Source: an uncultured delta proteobacterium (GTDB lineage Bacteria; Desulfobacterota; Binatia; UBA9968). Taken from it: 64,000 nucleotides of DNA. Where the stretch lies: contig CAWJBB010000066.1 of NCBI GenBank assembly GCA_963840855.1, positions 1-64,000 of the forward strand. The letters are read 5' to 3'. Made by a program: the position numbers and the translations under genes. Below the pieces are notes generated by a model, which saw only the letters and a list, made by a program, of their open reading frames with translations, searched no databases and had not been told where the DNA came from. This document shows, piece after piece, positions 47,925 to 62,165 of the stretch (position 1 is its first letter; every line of letters begins with the position of its first letter).

Positions 47925-48902
47925 TTAAGCCCGCTTGCCCGGGCCGAAGACGTGGCAGGAAACGCCATGGCCATCGCTCGTGAATTCCAAAGGCGGCTCG
48001 GTCTGGCTGCACACCGCTTCGCGGTAGGAGCAGCGGGGATGGAAGGTGCAGCCCGATGGCGGATTGACCGGACTCGGCACATCGCCTTCCAGCACCACCC
48101 GTTCTTTTTTTCGCGCGAAGTCGGGCGTGGGTACGGCGGAGAGCAATGCCTTGGTATAGGGATGCTTTGCCTCGCGGTAGATCGTGTCGCCCTTGGCGAT
48201 CTCGACCACTTTGCCGAGATACATGATGGCCACGCGGTGGCTGATATGTTCGACGACGCGAAGGTCGTGGGAAATGAAAAGATAAGTCAGGTGCATCTTC
48301 TCTTGCAGCTCCTGCAACAGATTGATGATCTGCGCCTGAATCGAAACGTCGAGGGACGAGACCGGCTCATCGCAGACTATAAAACTGGGACTGACCGCCA
48401 GGGCGCGGGCGATGCCGATTCGCTGGCGCTGTCCGCCGCTGAATTCATGCGGGTAACGGGGATAGTGGTCTTCGCGCAAGCCGACCTGGTGCAAGAGTTC
48501 CATGACCCGGTCGCGTTTGGCGTTTCCTTTGGCGAGCTTGTGAATCTCTAAACCTTCGCCGATGATATCACCCACGCGCATGCGCGGATTGAGCGACGCG
48601 TAAGGGTCCTGAAAGATGATCTGCATCTGGCGCCGCATGTCGCGCAGCTCGCGTTGCGACATGGCGAGGAGATTTTTTCCCTGAAAAACAACTTCGCCGC
48701 TGGTGGGCTCGATGAGACGGAGAATTGCCCGACCTAAAGTAGACTTGCCGCAGCCCGACTCGCCCACCAACCCCAATGTCTCCCCTTCATTGACCGCCAA
48801 GCTGACGCCATCGACAGCTTTGACGACGCCCTTACCGCGCGAGAATAGACCTTCGCCGACGGGGAAATGCTTTTTCAGGTTCCTGATCTCAAGCAGGCTC
48901 AT
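47925..48902 (-). CDS. oppF: Oligopeptide/dipeptide ABC ATP-binding protein
   Basis: [21 protein letters not shown] and [16 protein letters not shown] motifs. Confidence 0.9.
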   Translation of the reverse strand: MSLLEIRNLKKHFPVGEGLFSRGKGVVKAVDGVSLAVNEGETLGLVGESGCGKSTLGRAILRLIEPTSGEVVFQGKNLLAMSQRELRDMRRQMQIIFQDPYASLNPRMRVGDIIGEGLEIHKLAKGNAKRDRVMELLHQVGLREDHYPRYPHEFSGGQRQRIGIARALAVSPSFIVCDEPVSSLDVSIQAQIINLLQELQEKMHLTYLFISHDLRVVEHISHRVAIMYLGKVVEIAKGDTIYREAKHPYTKALLSAVPTPDFARKKERVVLEGDVPSPVNPPSGCTFHPRCSYREAVCSQTEPPLEFTSDGHGVSCHVFGPGKRA

Positions 48903-48920
48903 GTCTTCAGACCAAATTCC

Positions 48921-48978
48921 GAGGATGGCGGATTGAGGATCGAGAATCGCGATCTTCCATCCTTGATCTTCGATCCTC
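48921..48978. repeat. Inverted heptamer array: (GAGGATC-like)x4 and (GATCCTC-like)x4
   Basis: Between oppD and oppF. Confidence 0.82.
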
Positions 48979-48989
48979 GATTTATCATT

Positions 48990-49988
48990 TTATCCTGCGG
49001 CTCCCTGCCGCACTTCCGTATGGGGAAAATGACACGCAACGGTATGCCCTGATTCTTTTGCCACCAGCTCTGGCTCGAATTGAGCGCAAATCTCCGCCGC
49101 TTTTGGGCAACGGTCGCGGAAGCGGCAGCCGCTGGGCAGATTGAGCGGGCTCGGCACCATGCCGGGAATCGCGTCGAGACGCCGCTTTTTCTCACTCCCC
49201 ACGCCGGGCAGCGAGTTGAGCAATCCCACCGTGTAGGGATGGAGCGGATGGTTGAAGATCGCCCGCGTGCTGGCGCTTTCGACGATTTTTCCCGCGTACA
49301 TAATCGCAACATCATCCGCCTGCTCGGCAACAACGCCGAGATCGTGGGTAATCAGGAGCAGTGCCATGCCGCCGATTTTCTGCTGCAGTTCTTTCATGAG
49401 CTCGAGAATCTGCGCCTGAATGGTCACGTCCAAAGCCGTGGTCGGCTCGTCGGCGATGAGCAAGCTCGGATTGCAGGAAAGCGCCATGGCAATCATAACG
49501 CGTTGGCGCATGCCGCCGCTCAACTGATGGGGATAGGAATCGACACGCGATCCCGGATCGGCGATCTTGACGAGCCGGAGCATTTCGATGGTCTTATCCC
49601 GAGTCTCGCGTTTTCCTAAACCCTGATGCAACTTGATCGCCTCGCCGATCTGGTTGCCGACGGTGAAAACCGGATTGAGCGAGGTCATCGGCTCTTGAAA
49701 GATCATAGAGATCTCGTTGCCGCGGATTTTACGCATCTCTTCGTTGCCGAGTTTCAAAAGATCGCGGCCACGGTAGAATATTTCGCCGCCGACGATCTTT
49801 CCCGGCGGCGATGGGATCAATCGCATGATAGAGAGCGATGTCACGCTCTTGCCGCACCCCGACTCGCCCACCAAACCGAGAGTTTTCCCTTCGCCGATCT
49901 CAAAGCTCACGCCGTCGATGGCGCGCACCTCGCCCTCGGGGGTGAAGAAAGAAGTCCGGAGATTTTTGACTTGAATCAGGTCCGCCAT
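48990..49988 (-). CDS. oppD: Oligopeptide/dipeptide ABC ATP-binding protein
   Basis: [31 protein letters not shown] and GCRFRDRC motifs. Confidence 0.9.
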   Translation of the reverse strand: MADLIQVKNLRTSFFTPEGEVRAIDGVSFEIGEGKTLGLVGESGCGKSVTSLSIMRLIPSPPGKIVGGEIFYRGRDLLKLGNEEMRKIRGNEISMIFQEPMTSLNPVFTVGNQIGEAIKLHQGLGKRETRDKTIEMLRLVKIADPGSRVDSYPHQLSGGMRQRVMIAMALSCNPSLLIADEPTTALDVTIQAQILELMKELQQKIGGMALLLITHDLGVVAEQADDVAIMYAGKIVESASTRAIFNHPLHPYTVGLLNSLPGVGSEKKRRLDAIPGMVPSPLNLPSGCRFRDRCPKAAEICAQFEPELVAKESGHTVACHFPHTEVRQGAAG

Positions 49989-50244
49989 GGCGGCAACGTC
50001 GTCGATGTTAGATTTTAACTTGTACGACCTCCACGCACTCGATTCAACACGCGCGGGTCTGAAATATCGCGAATTGCATCTCCCATAGCATTAAATCCCA
50101 GTACTGCCAACATGATCACCGGCACCGGATAGATAACCACATGGGGATAAAGGCGCAAGTACGGCCCGCCGGCGCGCAACATCCCGCCCCAGCGGATTCC
50201 GTATTCAGTGCCGTGCCATGAAACACCGAGCGGCTTGAACGTGT

Positions 50245-51016
50245 TTATTTTTGGAACTGCTCTTTCGGAAAATTCGCTGTCGCCATGACTCCGCCGTCCA
50301 CCACAAGGGGGTGGCCGATGATGAATTCGGAATCGTCGCTCACCAGAAACAACGCCGCCTTCGCTTGATCATCGGCGGTTCCTAAACGGCCCGCCAGGTT
50401 CTCAAAAGTCCGGCTGCCGGTCACATCGTCATCGTAACCGACCGGAGAACCGGAACGGTTCGGCACCACGCAATTGACGCGAATTTTGTACGGCGCGAGT
50501 TGCACGGCCATTGCTCGCGTCATATTGATCACACCCGCCTTGGCGGCGGCGTAAGCGATGCCGTCCGGGCGGCCGACCAACCCGGATGTCGAGCCAAAAT
50601 TGACGATCTTGCCGCCCCGTCCCTGCTGCTTCATCTGCGCGGCGACATATTTCGTCACCAGATAGGGCCCTTTCAAACTTACCGCGATAACCTTATCGAA
50701 CTCATCTTCCGTGCTATCGAAAATATTGGCGTGGTCCGTCAACGCGGCGTTGTTCACCAGAATATCGATGCCGCCGAATCTTCGCCACGACTCTATGGAT
50801 CATCTCTGCGACGTCGCCGGATTTCGAGACGTCGCACAGCACCACCATGGCCTCTCCGCCAGCCTTGGTGATTTCATCGACCACTGCTTGCCCGCGCCCT
50901 TCGTGCATCTCAACGACCGCAATCTTCGCTCCTTCGGAGGCGAAAAGTTTCGCCATCGCCTTGCCGATATTTCTCCCCGCGCCGGTGATGACCGCTACCT
51001 GATCTTTGAGTTTCAT
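50245..51016 (-). CDS. SDR family oxidoreductase; frameshift near 50779
   Basis: TGAGRNIG in the first ORF; NNA and YAAAK in the second; removing one base restores KFGGIDILVNNA. Confidence 0.85.
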
Positions 51017-51119
51017 CGCACTTATCCCCCTCGACTTTTCTCGGAGACCGGAGCCTATCCGTAGCCTTGCCGCTGTGTCAATCGGCTAACCGCGACGACG
51101 CGCATGGCGATCCGTTGGT

Positions 51120-51680
51120 TTAAATCTTAAGATCCTCCGGCGCTATCGCCGTATAGACGTCGAAGGTATTCATCGTGCACGCAAGCATGGCGTAATAACC
51201 AATGGTCGCCGCCAGCTCGACGAAGCCTTTCTCGCCAAGCCGCCCGTAGAGCGCCTGAAACGTCGCCTCGCTCACCTGGTGGAAATTTAAGATCTCGCGC
51301 ACGAAGCTGACGATCTGAGCGTCCTCGGAAGTGAAATCCTCGGCGCCCTTTTTTTCATAGACGGCGCGAACGGTTGCCATCGGAATGCCGGCGTTCTGGG
51401 CGTGGTGGACATGCGCCGCCCATTCATGCTTGCATTCGAGTTCCCGCGCCGACACCAGCGCCGCCAGTTCGACAAGCTTACGATCCAGGGTCGATTCGAA
51501 GCGCACGTAGCTGCCCAAATGCATCGTCCGATGGGCAATCTCCGGACTATGCAAAAGCGCCAGCCACGGTCCGCCGACGACCCCACGGCTCTGCGCGATG
51601 GCGTCGTAGACTTTTTGATCATCCGGCGCCAGCTCTTCTTTCTTTGTGATAGTCGCGATACGTGCCACGCTATTCTCCAT
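51120..51680 (-). CDS. Carboxymuconolactone decarboxylase family protein
   Basis: GGPWLALLHSPE, ELAALVSARE..HEW..H and IGYY motifs. Confidence 0.82.
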   Translation of the reverse strand: MENSVARIATITKKEELAPDDQKVYDAIAQSRGVVGGPWLALLHSPEIAHRTMHLGSYVRFESTLDRKLVELAALVSARELECKHEWAAHVHHAQNAGIPMATVRAVYEKKGAEDFTSEDAQIVSFVREILNFHQVSEATFQALYGRLGEKGFVELAATIGYYAMLACTMNTFDVYTAIAPEDLKI

Positions 51681-51685
51681 TTCAA

Positions 51686-52813
51686 CTACGAAAGTTTCTC
51701 TTGCAGCCACTTCGTCACGATGTTCACCACTTCGTCATTCGACTGACCTTTTATCCGTCCCATATGGCCCGCTCCCGCAATGATGCGCAGGTCCTTCGGG
51801 CTGCCATGTTCGGCGAGTAGATAGAGATCGCTGATCGGATGTTGGTCGTCTTCTTTGCCGTTGATGCATAGCAACGGCGCGCAAGGTTGGTCGATCAACC
51901 CTTGCGTCACCAACGACAAAGTGGGCGCGATTTTTAACGTTTCTTCGAGCGAATTCGCGCGAAAGATATAGGATCGGGCATCCAATAAACTGGCAGGCCC
52001 CATCAGGTACTGGGAAGCAGTCACGGTCAGCGCGGGCCGCAGCCACTCTTCTTGAAACGTCCTGTGCACTCCGGCACCCCAGTTGACCGCGCCGCTGAGC
52101 CGCTTTGCTTCCACGTGCGCGAGCTTCGCCGCCCAGTAACCGCCGAAGCTTCCGCCCATGCAGGCGATCCGTTTGCCGTCGATACCAGCGCGGGTTTCGA
52201 GATAATCCATTGCCGCGGAGAAAGTCCGCTCGGCGCGCGGGTCGCTACCCAGACAGGGATTCTCGCCCGTGCCCGGCATATCGATGGTAAAACAAGCCAG
52301 TCCGATCTTGAGTAATACGTCGTTGTTGGTCCGGCGGTCTTCCTTCCAGCCATCGACGCCACCCCAATGCATCACCACCGGCGGGCGGTTGACGCCCCTC
52401 GGTACTTGTAAGTAGCCAACGACCTTTTTCCCTTCGAAAGGAATTTCAATTCTTTCCAGAGGCGGGTCCATCGTTGGGGCGGCTTTGAGAAACGTCCGGA
52501 GCGCGCCTTCATAACATTTCATTTTATCCGGGCTGCTCGGCACCGGGTAACGGCCGATGCGGTAATATTCGTATGCCAAATAGTAGGTCTCGCCAGCCTC
52601 TTTTTTCTTTCCGTGCGATTCCTGCTCGCCGGCAAGCGCTTCGTACTTTGTGCCGAATTTGCCCCACTCACGGCCCCAGAGATCCGGGTCAAGGCTGGTA
52701 ATATTTTTTACCACCTGCTCGACATCTTCCTTCTTCACCCGCTCGAAGGGATTGATCCTGCCGGCCCGGTGCAAGATATCCGCTTTGATTTCTTCCAGAG
52801 TCTTCTCCGCCAT
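51686..52813 (-). CDS. Alpha/beta hydrolase (FrsA/DUF1100, dihydroxypseudooxynicotine hydrolase-like)
   Basis: GGVDGWKED, DMPGTGE, nucleophile GGSFGG, NG..D and GHMG motifs. Confidence 0.82.
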   Translation of the reverse strand: MAEKTLEEIKADILHRAGRINPFERVKKEDVEQVVKNITSLDPDLWGREWGKFGTKYEALAGEQESHGKKKEAGETYYLAYEYYRIGRYPVPSSPDKMKCYEGALRTFLKAAPTMDPPLERIEIPFEGKKVVGYLQVPRGVNRPPVVMHWGGVDGWKEDRRTNNDVLLKIGLACFTIDMPGTGENPCLGSDPRAERTFSAAMDYLETRAGIDGKRIACMGGSFGGYWAAKLAHVEAKRLSGAVNWGAGVHRTFQEEWLRPALTVTASQYLMGPASLLDARSYIFRANSLEETLKIAPTLSLVTQGLIDQPCAPLLCINGKEDDQHPISDLYLLAEHGSPKDLRIIAGAGHMGRIKGQSNDEVVNIVTKWLQEKLS

Positions 52814-53092
52814 GATTTTTGCTCCTGTTATGATTTTGCGCCAGGTTCCCGGGCCAAGCTTTTTATTGCATTTTTGTAGAATCGGTCATCGACAAACTGC
52901 TCGGGCTTAAAGTTGGGCCGTTCCTTTGAGGTCCTCCAAGCGTTTCACGTTCGGTCCGGTAATCAGCCCAAAGGGAATCTGGTTGAAGATTTGCAATAAA
53001 ACGCGGATCCGCTCGCCGCGAAACATCGCCTGCATGGACGGCCCAAGCTTTACAGACGGTGTGCTGCGTTGGGCTTAGCAGAAAGGCGCGAA

Positions 53093-54166
53093 CTAGCGCA
53101 AGCCCCGAAGCCGCGGGTCGAGTGCATCGCGCAAGCCTTCGCCGACGAGATAGTAGGCAAGCACGGTAATAAAAATCGCAAAGCCGGGAAAAACCGCCAA
53201 CCACCAGGCAAAAGTATTACTGCGCGCTTCGTTAAGAATTGATCCCCAGGTCACGGTGTCGGCAGGAACACCGATGCCGAGGAAACTGAGGCTCGATTCG
53301 ATTAGAATCGCGCCCGCAACGCCCAGGACAACGGAGACCATCACGGGAGCCATAGCGTTTGGCAGAATATGACGAAACATGATTTTACGACTAGAAACTC
53401 CCAGCGCCAGCGCCGCCGTAACATAATCAAGACTCCGGAGCTTCAGAAATTCATTGCGCGCAAATCGAGCGATGCCCACCCAGCCCGTCAGTCCGATAAT
53501 CACCATCGTCAAAAAAATGCTCGGCGGAAAAACCGCCGCAATGGTGATCAATAGAAAGAAAGTCGGGATGGCAAGCATCAATTCAAACAACCGCGATGTA
53601 ACCAAATCGATCCAGCCGCCAAAGAAGCCCGCCAGTGCCCCGAGAATCACGCCGATCACGAGGGAAATTCCCACCGCGACAAAACCGATCGAGAGTGAGA
53701 TGCGCGAACCGTGAATGATCCCCGCCATGACATCACGGCCTAGTTTATCCGTGCCGAGCCAGTGCTTCGCCGACGGCGGCGCAAACGAGGCGGTCAGATT
53801 GACGTTACTGGGGCGGTAAGGAATGGGCGGAAAAACGGCCGCCTGATTGTCCAAAGTTTTATATTCGACGTTGAGCAGCTCGGGCGGCAGGCGCGCCAGC
53901 CCCAGCTGCACCATGTAACCGCGGAGAATCGGAAAATAAGACTTGCCCTGATAACGAAGATAGTAGGGCTTATCGTTGGCGAGAAAATCCGCGAACAGGG
54001 CGATACCGAGTAAAAAGCAGACTACGTAAAGGCCGGCGATAGCGACTCGATTGCGCTTGAACTCGCGCCACACCAGTGCGCTTAGCTTTGCACCCTTTTC
54101 CCTGTTTGAAAAGGACATGATTTTCTGCCACCAGACGGACTTGGAATTACCGCCGCGCCGGCTCAC
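53093..54166 (-). CDS. oppC: Peptide ABC permease (OppC/YejE-like)
   Basis: ANDKP, HWLGTDKLGRDV, RHILPNA and ESSLSFLGIG motifs. Confidence 0.88.
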   Translation of the reverse strand: MSRRGGNSKSVWWQKIMSFSNREKGAKLSALVWREFKRNRVAIAGLYVVCFLLGIALFADFLANDKPYYLRYQGKSYFPILRGYMVQLGLARLPPELLNVEYKTLDNQAAVFPPIPYRPSNVNLTASFAPPSAKHWLGTDKLGRDVMAGIIHGSRISLSIGFVAVGISLVIGVILGALAGFFGGWIDLVTSRLFELMLAIPTFFLLITIAAVFPPSIFLTMVIIGLTGWVGIARFARNEFLKLRSLDYVTAALALGVSSRKIMFRHILPNAMAPVMVSVVLGVAGAILIESSLSFLGIGVPADTVTWGSILNEARSNTFAWWLAVFPGFAIFITVLAYYLVGEGLRDALDPRLRGLR

Positions 54167-55191
54167 TGCCTGCGGCCGAAAGCGATGCGCGGGTCGACGA
54201 CGGCAAGCAAGAGATCGGAAAGCAGAATGCCAACCAGCGTCAAAAGCGCGCTGACTGTAAACAGCGCCATGACGACGGGAAAATCCCGCGCCAGCACCGC
54301 TTCGTATCCGAGCTGGCCCAAGCCCGGGATGGAGAAGATCGTCTCGACGATAACGCTGCCGCCGACTAAACCCGGCAATATGCCGGCCAAAATGGTGACC
54401 ATCGGAATCAACGAATTGCGCAAGACATGTTTGTAGATCACCACGCCTTCAGGCAGACCCTTTGCGCGCGCGGTCTGAACGAAATCCTGCCGCAACTGCT
54501 CCAACATTCCCGATCGCATATAGCGCGATAAACCCGCGAAGCCGGCGTAGGAAAGCATCAGCACCGGCAAAAAAAGGTGCCATATCTGGTCTTTCAACTT
54601 TTGCCAGAGCGGCCACTCCGGCGCGTAATCGATCGAGGTCAAGCCGCCAGGAGGAAAAACGAAATAATAATCGCCGCCGCAGAGAAAGACGATTGCCATC
54701 GTGCCGAGCCAGACCACGGGCAATGCAAATAGCACGAATGCGAACAGCGTGGTGGTCTGGTCGCCGAGCGAATAGGAATGGGTCGCGGAGTAGATCCCCA
54801 GCGGAACGGCGACGATGTACACGAGAAAAAGGGATAAAACGTTCAGCTTAATGGTGACCGGGAGCCGCTCGCGAATCTTGTCAAACACCGGTTGGTTGTC
54901 TTTGTAAGACTCGCCGAATTTGAGCGTGAAGAGATTCTTGATCCAGACGGCGTATTGCACGGGAAGCGGTTTGTCCAGTCCGTACTGCGCGCGCCATTGG
55001 GCCACGGCCTCATCGACGGCGCCGCGCTTTTCCGTCGAAATCCCCGCCTCTCCGGCGCCGCGCAGTCCGCCGCCGGCGCGCAGTTCCGCCGGATCTCCCG
55101 GCGCCAGGCGCATAATGAGGAAACTGATTATGGTAACCCCGATGAACGTGGGAATCAGCAGCAGAAAACGCCGTAAAAGATAGGACCCCAT
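54163..55191 (-). CDS. oppB: Peptide ABC permease (OppB/YejB-like)
   Basis: LAPGDP, YGLDKP, TARAKGL, KHVLRNS and DPRI motifs. Confidence 0.88.
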   Translation of the reverse strand: MGSYLLRRFLLLIPTFIGVTIISFLIMRLAPGDPAELRAGGGLRGAGEAGISTEKRGAVDEAVAQWRAQYGLDKPLPVQYAVWIKNLFTLKFGESYKDNQPVFDKIRERLPVTIKLNVLSLFLVYIVAVPLGIYSATHSYSLGDQTTTLFAFVLFALPVVWLGTMAIVFLCGGDYYFVFPPGGLTSIDYAPEWPLWQKLKDQIWHLFLPVLMLSYAGFAGLSRYMRSGMLEQLRQDFVQTARAKGLPEGVVIYKHVLRNSLIPMVTILAGILPGLVGGSVIVETIFSIPGLGQLGYEAVLARDFPVVMALFTVSALLTLVGILLSDLLLAVVDPRIAFGRRQ

Positions 55192-55237
55192 CCGCGCGGT
55201 CTATTCTATGTAAACCCCGCCCGCGAAGTGGCTTCGT

Positions 55238-56984
55238 TTAATGACTCGTGGCTTTGCTCGCATATTTTTGCGATGCCGCGGGAGTCCACCAGTCCAAAGG
55301 TCTCAGGCCACCGATGGGAAGCACCTCGACGCCGCGAAAGCGGCGGCTCACGGCCGATATGGATTTTGGCGTAAAAAGAAATGTGTAAGGCTGCTCGTCG
55401 TGAAGAATCCGCTGGAACTCGCGGTAGAGCTCGATACGCTTCTTCGGATCGAACTCGCGGCGATATTCTTCGAGGATTTTGTCCACCCGCGGGTTCTTGT
55501 ATGCAATATGGTTGGAGCCTTTGTTTGCCGCTTGGGAGGAATGCCACACTTGAAAAGCATCCGGCTCGGTGACGCTCATCGCCCAGCCGAGAATCATCGC
55601 GTCAAACTTGCGGTTTCTGACGTCGTCGAGAAAAACCGTCCAGTCGAGCTCCCGCACCGTGGCCGTGATGCCGTGCTTCTTCAGTTCGTCTTGCAGCGTC
55701 AACGCAACGCTCTTGCGCGTGGCGTTGCCTGAGTTGAATTTGATTTCGAAACGGAACGGCACCTTCTTTCCATCGATGATCTTATCGAGAATCCCGTCGC
55801 CGTCGGTGTCCTTCCACCCCGCCTCGCCTAGGAGTGCCATCGCTTTCTTCGGATCGTAGGGATGGCCGGCGAGGCTCTTGTCGTACTCGGGGCGATAAAA
55901 ATAAATCGGCCCGTCGACCACCTGCCCGAGATTAAACAGAATAGTTTTTACCATCTGCTTGCGGTCGGCGAGGTGTGTCATGGCCTTGCGCACCCGCTTA
56001 TCCTGAAAGATCGGGTGATCGTTGTTCCAGCCGACGATAGGTGTAGTTTGGCGCGAAATATTCGTACTTTTCGAAATCTTTCTTGAAGCGCTCGGCGCTC
56101 GTCTGTTGCATATGTTGCAGCGGTTGCAGGCTCATGACATCCAAGCCACCGCTTTTGAGGGTCGTCAACGCGGCGTCGATATTGTTGATTACCCGATACC
56201 TATGCCGGTCGAGATAAGCCTGATCGATCCCGGGTTTACCGTTGCCCCAGTATTTGGGGTCGCGCGCCAACTCGACCTCTTGTCCGGTCTTCCATCCCTG
56301 AAACTTATACGGGCCGCTGCCCATCGGATTACGGCTAAAGTTTTTGTTGAACTGGTCGGCAAAGCGTTTAACATTCTCCGACAACTTGGACGGATCGCCG
56401 GTGAGATCTTTCACGGTCGTGTCATTCAAGAGATTCTGCGGGTCGTAGTAATGGCGCGGCAAAACGTCGATGCCGCCGAGCATAGTTTCGTTCAGAAAAT
56501 ACGGTTCTTTGATGTGAAAACGGATCGTATACTCGTCGACAAGTTGCGCGTCGATCACCGACTCATAGTAAACCCTTGCGAAGGGCGCGTTAACCAAAGG
56601 GCATTTAACCGCCTTGACGCTGAAGAGGACATCTTCGCCGCTAAGCTTGCGTCCGTCCTGGAAGTGGGCGTCGCGGCGAATTTTAAACGTGTAAGACAGT
56701 TTGTCAGCCGAAATAGCCGGCCGTGCCTCGGCCAGCAAGGGTTTGAGCTCCAGCGTGCGCGGGTCGCGCGTCAGCAGACTCTGAACGATATATCCTAAAA
56801 TCGCGCTGGCGCCGGCGTCGTTGCTGGTGAGGGGATTCAGTTGTTCGGGATCGCTCAAAATATGCGCCAACAACCAATCGCCGGTTACCGGAGTCGGGGG
56901 CGCTTGCCCATGGAGCGGCTGGGAGGGGAGTACGAAAACAGCAAGCACCAAGATAACCGCTATGGACTTTGGCACAAAACTCAT
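55238..56984 (-). CDS. oppA: Peptide ABC substrate-binding protein (family 5); frameshift near 56036
   Basis: LNPL, PLLA, FQDG, PMGSGPYKF; the repaired join reads GWNNDHPIFQDKRVRKAM; AGWKDTDGDG. Confidence 0.85.
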
Positions 56985-57019
56985 TAGCACTCTCCTAAGC
57001 TCTCACCGCACCGCCGCCA

Positions 57020-57841
57020 TTACCCGCCCAGCGACTCGATGGGCAGTTCCTGCGCGTGAGGCGGTTTTTGCTGGAAAAACAGCTCGGCGGGGAGGGCGGC
57101 GTTGAGCTCCGGTTCCTCGAAGCGGATGTCAAGTTTTCTCCCCTGCGGCGGCGCTTCGATAAATACCCGCGACGGAAACAATCCATGCGGCGTCGTTTTG
57201 TAATCGCTGAATCGCGCGCTCAACGCTACCCCTCCGGCGTCGTCAAAACGTTCCCACCGGGTCGGGACGGCCTGCTCGGACTCGAAGGCCACCAGGTCCT
57301 TTTTTCGTCCGTTGGCCGAGAAAACAAGCCCGCTTCCTTCCTGGCGCCAGGCCAATTTTTCGTCCACCGGCGGCAACCCCACCAACAACATGGTGATCTC
57401 CTCTAGTTCCAAAGGAATCTGCGTATAACGAAACAAGTTTCGCTTGGTGCGCTCGCCGCGCAGAAACAGTCCTTCGCGCGGATGATAACCGACGATTTCC
57501 TTATCGTTGACGGTGACAATCAGAATAGCGCCCAGCATCGATAGTGTTTCGAGACGCAACCGATTCGGCCGCTGGACGTGAACCGCTTCCTGAAAAGTTC
57601 GTTTTCCGTCCGGTCCCGAATAGTCGACCCGCGCCAAGGCGCGCATCGAGCGAAACTGGCCGTGGCGCTGGCTGAGGGCATCGATGATTTGCGCCGCTTC
57701 CCAGCTTTTGACGGGAGCCGCAGGCACAGATGGCGCAGGCGAGATGGTGGAGCATCCCGCCTGCGCGAACAACGCCGCCGCGAGCAGCACGGCGGGGCCT
57801 CGCACCCTGGCGGGCCGCCCACGCTTCCGGCGCGGGCTCAA
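57020..57841 (-). CDS. Outer-membrane lipoprotein, LolB/DUF4292-like
   Basis: Lipobox QAGC; RPNRLRLE motif; follows a TPR lipoprotein. Confidence 0.65.
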   Translation of the reverse strand: MSPRRKRGRPARVRGPAVLLAAALFAQAGCSTISPAPSVPAAPVKSWEAAQIIDALSQRHGQFRSMRALARVDYSGPDGKRTFQEAVHVQRPNRLRLETLSMLGAILIVTVNDKEIVGYHPREGLFLRGERTKRNLFRYTQIPLELEEITMLLVGLPPVDEKLAWRQEGSGLVFSANGRKKDLVAFESEQAVPTRWERFDDAGGVALSARFSDYKTTPHGLFPSRVFIEAPPQGRKLDIRFEEPELNAALPAELFFQQKPPHAQELPIESLGG

Positions 57842-59587
57842 ATCTTTTTCTCCAGGCGCTGGATCTTTTCTTTGATACGCTTGATCTGATCGTTCTCTTT
57901 GGATTTCTTCAGGGCATCGCGGTAACGCGGCAGCGCGCGGTCCGGTTTGCCGACTTTTAGATAGGCGTCGCCTAGATGCTCGATGATCGTCGGATCGTCC
58001 ACGGTGATCTCCACCGCGCGCTCCAACTGCTCAACCGCCTTCGGGTAATCGCCCTTCTGGTAGTAGACCCAGCCCAAACTGTCGATAAAGAAGCCATCGT
58101 CGGGCGCTATCTTGAGGGCCCGCGCGATCAGGTCCTCCGCTTCATCAAGACGCTCGCCCATTTCAGCCCAGGTATAGCCCAGATAGTTGAGCGCGGCGGC
58201 ATTTTTGGGATTTAGCTCGATCGCCTTTCTCATGCTCGCGATGGTTTTTTCTTTGTTCTTGTTCTCGTCGTAGAGCGCCCCCAGTTGGAAATGGGCCTGA
58301 TCGCTCTTGGGGTCCAGCGTGATGACTTGCTCCATGGCCTGAATCGCCTTGGGATACTCCTTGATTTTACGGTAAAGCGCAGAAAGAAATGCGTGGACCT
58401 CTTTGCGGTCGTTCTTCTTTTGCAACACCGCCAGCAAGGTATCGATGGCCTTTCGGTTCTCGTCGCGACGGTCATAAATAGAGGCCTGCTGCACCCGCGC
58501 GTCGAAATTCAAGTCGCTTTGCTCGGAAACGCGGCCGAAATGCTCCAGCGCCTTTTCATCCGCCTTTAACTCCACGTAGGTAGCGGCCAAATAGTAGTGC
58601 ACCCGGTCATTGTTCGGATCGGAGCCGAGAACCAGGTTGAATTCAGTCGCCGCGCGCTCGTAATCGCCCTTCTCAAAGTAAATGAGCCCGATCTTGATCC
58701 GGGTCTCCCGGGGATCCGCCTCCGCGCTTTGGAGTTTCTGGAACTGCCCGAGGGCGTCGTCGAGCTTGTTCTGGCCGACGTAAAGCTCTCCCAGACGCTT
58801 TCTCGCCCATGTGTTCTGCGCGTTGACTTGCAGCAACCGCTGATAAGTTTGTAATAGCCTCCTCGACCTTGCTTTCAAGTTCGAAAACCAGGGCTAAATC
58901 CAGCAGTACTGCTTCAGACTTTGGATTGAGTTCCAGCGCCTTGCGGTAGCTTTGCTCGGCGGCGAGATAGAGCTTGGTCTTGGCGCGCACTCGGCCGAGA
59001 TAATAGTGGCCAAGGGCGGAGTTTTCATCGAGTTTGAGCAACTCGTCGAGGTGCCCCGTCGCCCTCGGATAATCTTCCAATTGGAGGTACAACGCGCCCA
59101 GATAAAGCAGCGCTTCTTGATTCTTGGGATCGATTTTGAGGACCTCGTCGTACTGGCGGATCGCGTTTTTGGTGTCACCATGAGACGAATGCAGGCCAGC
59201 GAGCAACAGTCTGGTCTCGACGTTGTTCGGCTCTTCGACGGCGGCGGCTTCGGCTTCCGTTAGGGCCTTTTTGAGATCGCCCCTGCGCAAATAGAGGGTC
59301 GCCAGACGAAAATGCAGGAAGGCGTCGCTTGGGCTGGCTTGAGCGGCGGCTTCGAATTCCTTTATGGCGTCATCGAAGGCACCTTCCTGAATCAACAATT
59401 GCCCTTTGATAAAGTGGGAAAGCGCCCTGGCCTCGGCGGACATTTTGGTCTTGCCGGCCTGCACCAGCGGGGCTTCGATTCCCCAGTTGATTATACCATC
59501 CGAGGATGACGGTTTTTCAGTGGTCGTTGCAGCGCAGCCGTAGAGGATCGCGAGCAAAGCGGCTGCTCCAAATAAACGGCGGTTCAT
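57838..59587 (-). CDS. TPR lipoprotein; frameshift near 58849
   Basis: Lipobox LYGC; many TPRs; ALNYLGY..A, DSLGWVYY and EHLGDAY motifs. Confidence 0.85.
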
Positions 59588-59725
59588 CGAAAGAACGGTT
59601 AACATACCCATCATGGACGGTCAACGTAGCGGCGGTCCGGCTTCATTCACCAATAGGATTATGTTACTTCTCTTCGCATAAACTCACAACTGCAAGCGAT
59701 TTTTTTTCGACTCACTTAAGAAACC

Positions 59726-61739
<2,014 letters not shown>

Positions 61740-61862
61740 ATCGATTAAATGCGCATCGGGCTTTAACGGAGGTGAAGGTTCCCGGCGGCTGCGAGCGCAG
61801 CGCTATCGGGCTCGTTTTTCCCGAATCCGGGAGCCCGAAAAAAGTATTTGGCAGGATGCGAT

Positions 61863-62165
61863 TTAAAACCGGTCGCGGCGCGGCGGTCTTCCGCCGCCGC
61901 CCCCCATGGGGCGTGGCGCCTGCGGACGAGCTTCGCTCACGACGATATTGCGGCCTTCGAAATCGGTGCCGTTCAAGGCAGTGGTCGCTTTCTGGGCTTC
62001 TGCGTCGGAACCCATTTCAACGAAGCCAAAGCCTTTTGACCGGCCGCTGAACTTGTCAGTGATGATGCGCGCGCTCACCACCGCGCCATGCTGCGCGAAA
62101 TGTTGCTGGAGCCTTTCTTCCGTGGCGGAATACGGAAGGTTCCCGACGTATAACTTTGCTCCCAT
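61863..62165 (-). CDS. RNA-binding protein (RRM) with Gly/Arg tail
   Basis: RNP2 LYVGNL and RNP1 KGFGFVEM. Confidence 0.92.
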   Translation of the reverse strand: MGAKLYVGNLPYSATEERLQQHFAQHGAVVSARIITDKFSGRSKGFGFVEMGSDAEAQKATTALNGTDFEGRNIVVSEARPQAPRPMGGGGGRPPRRDRF

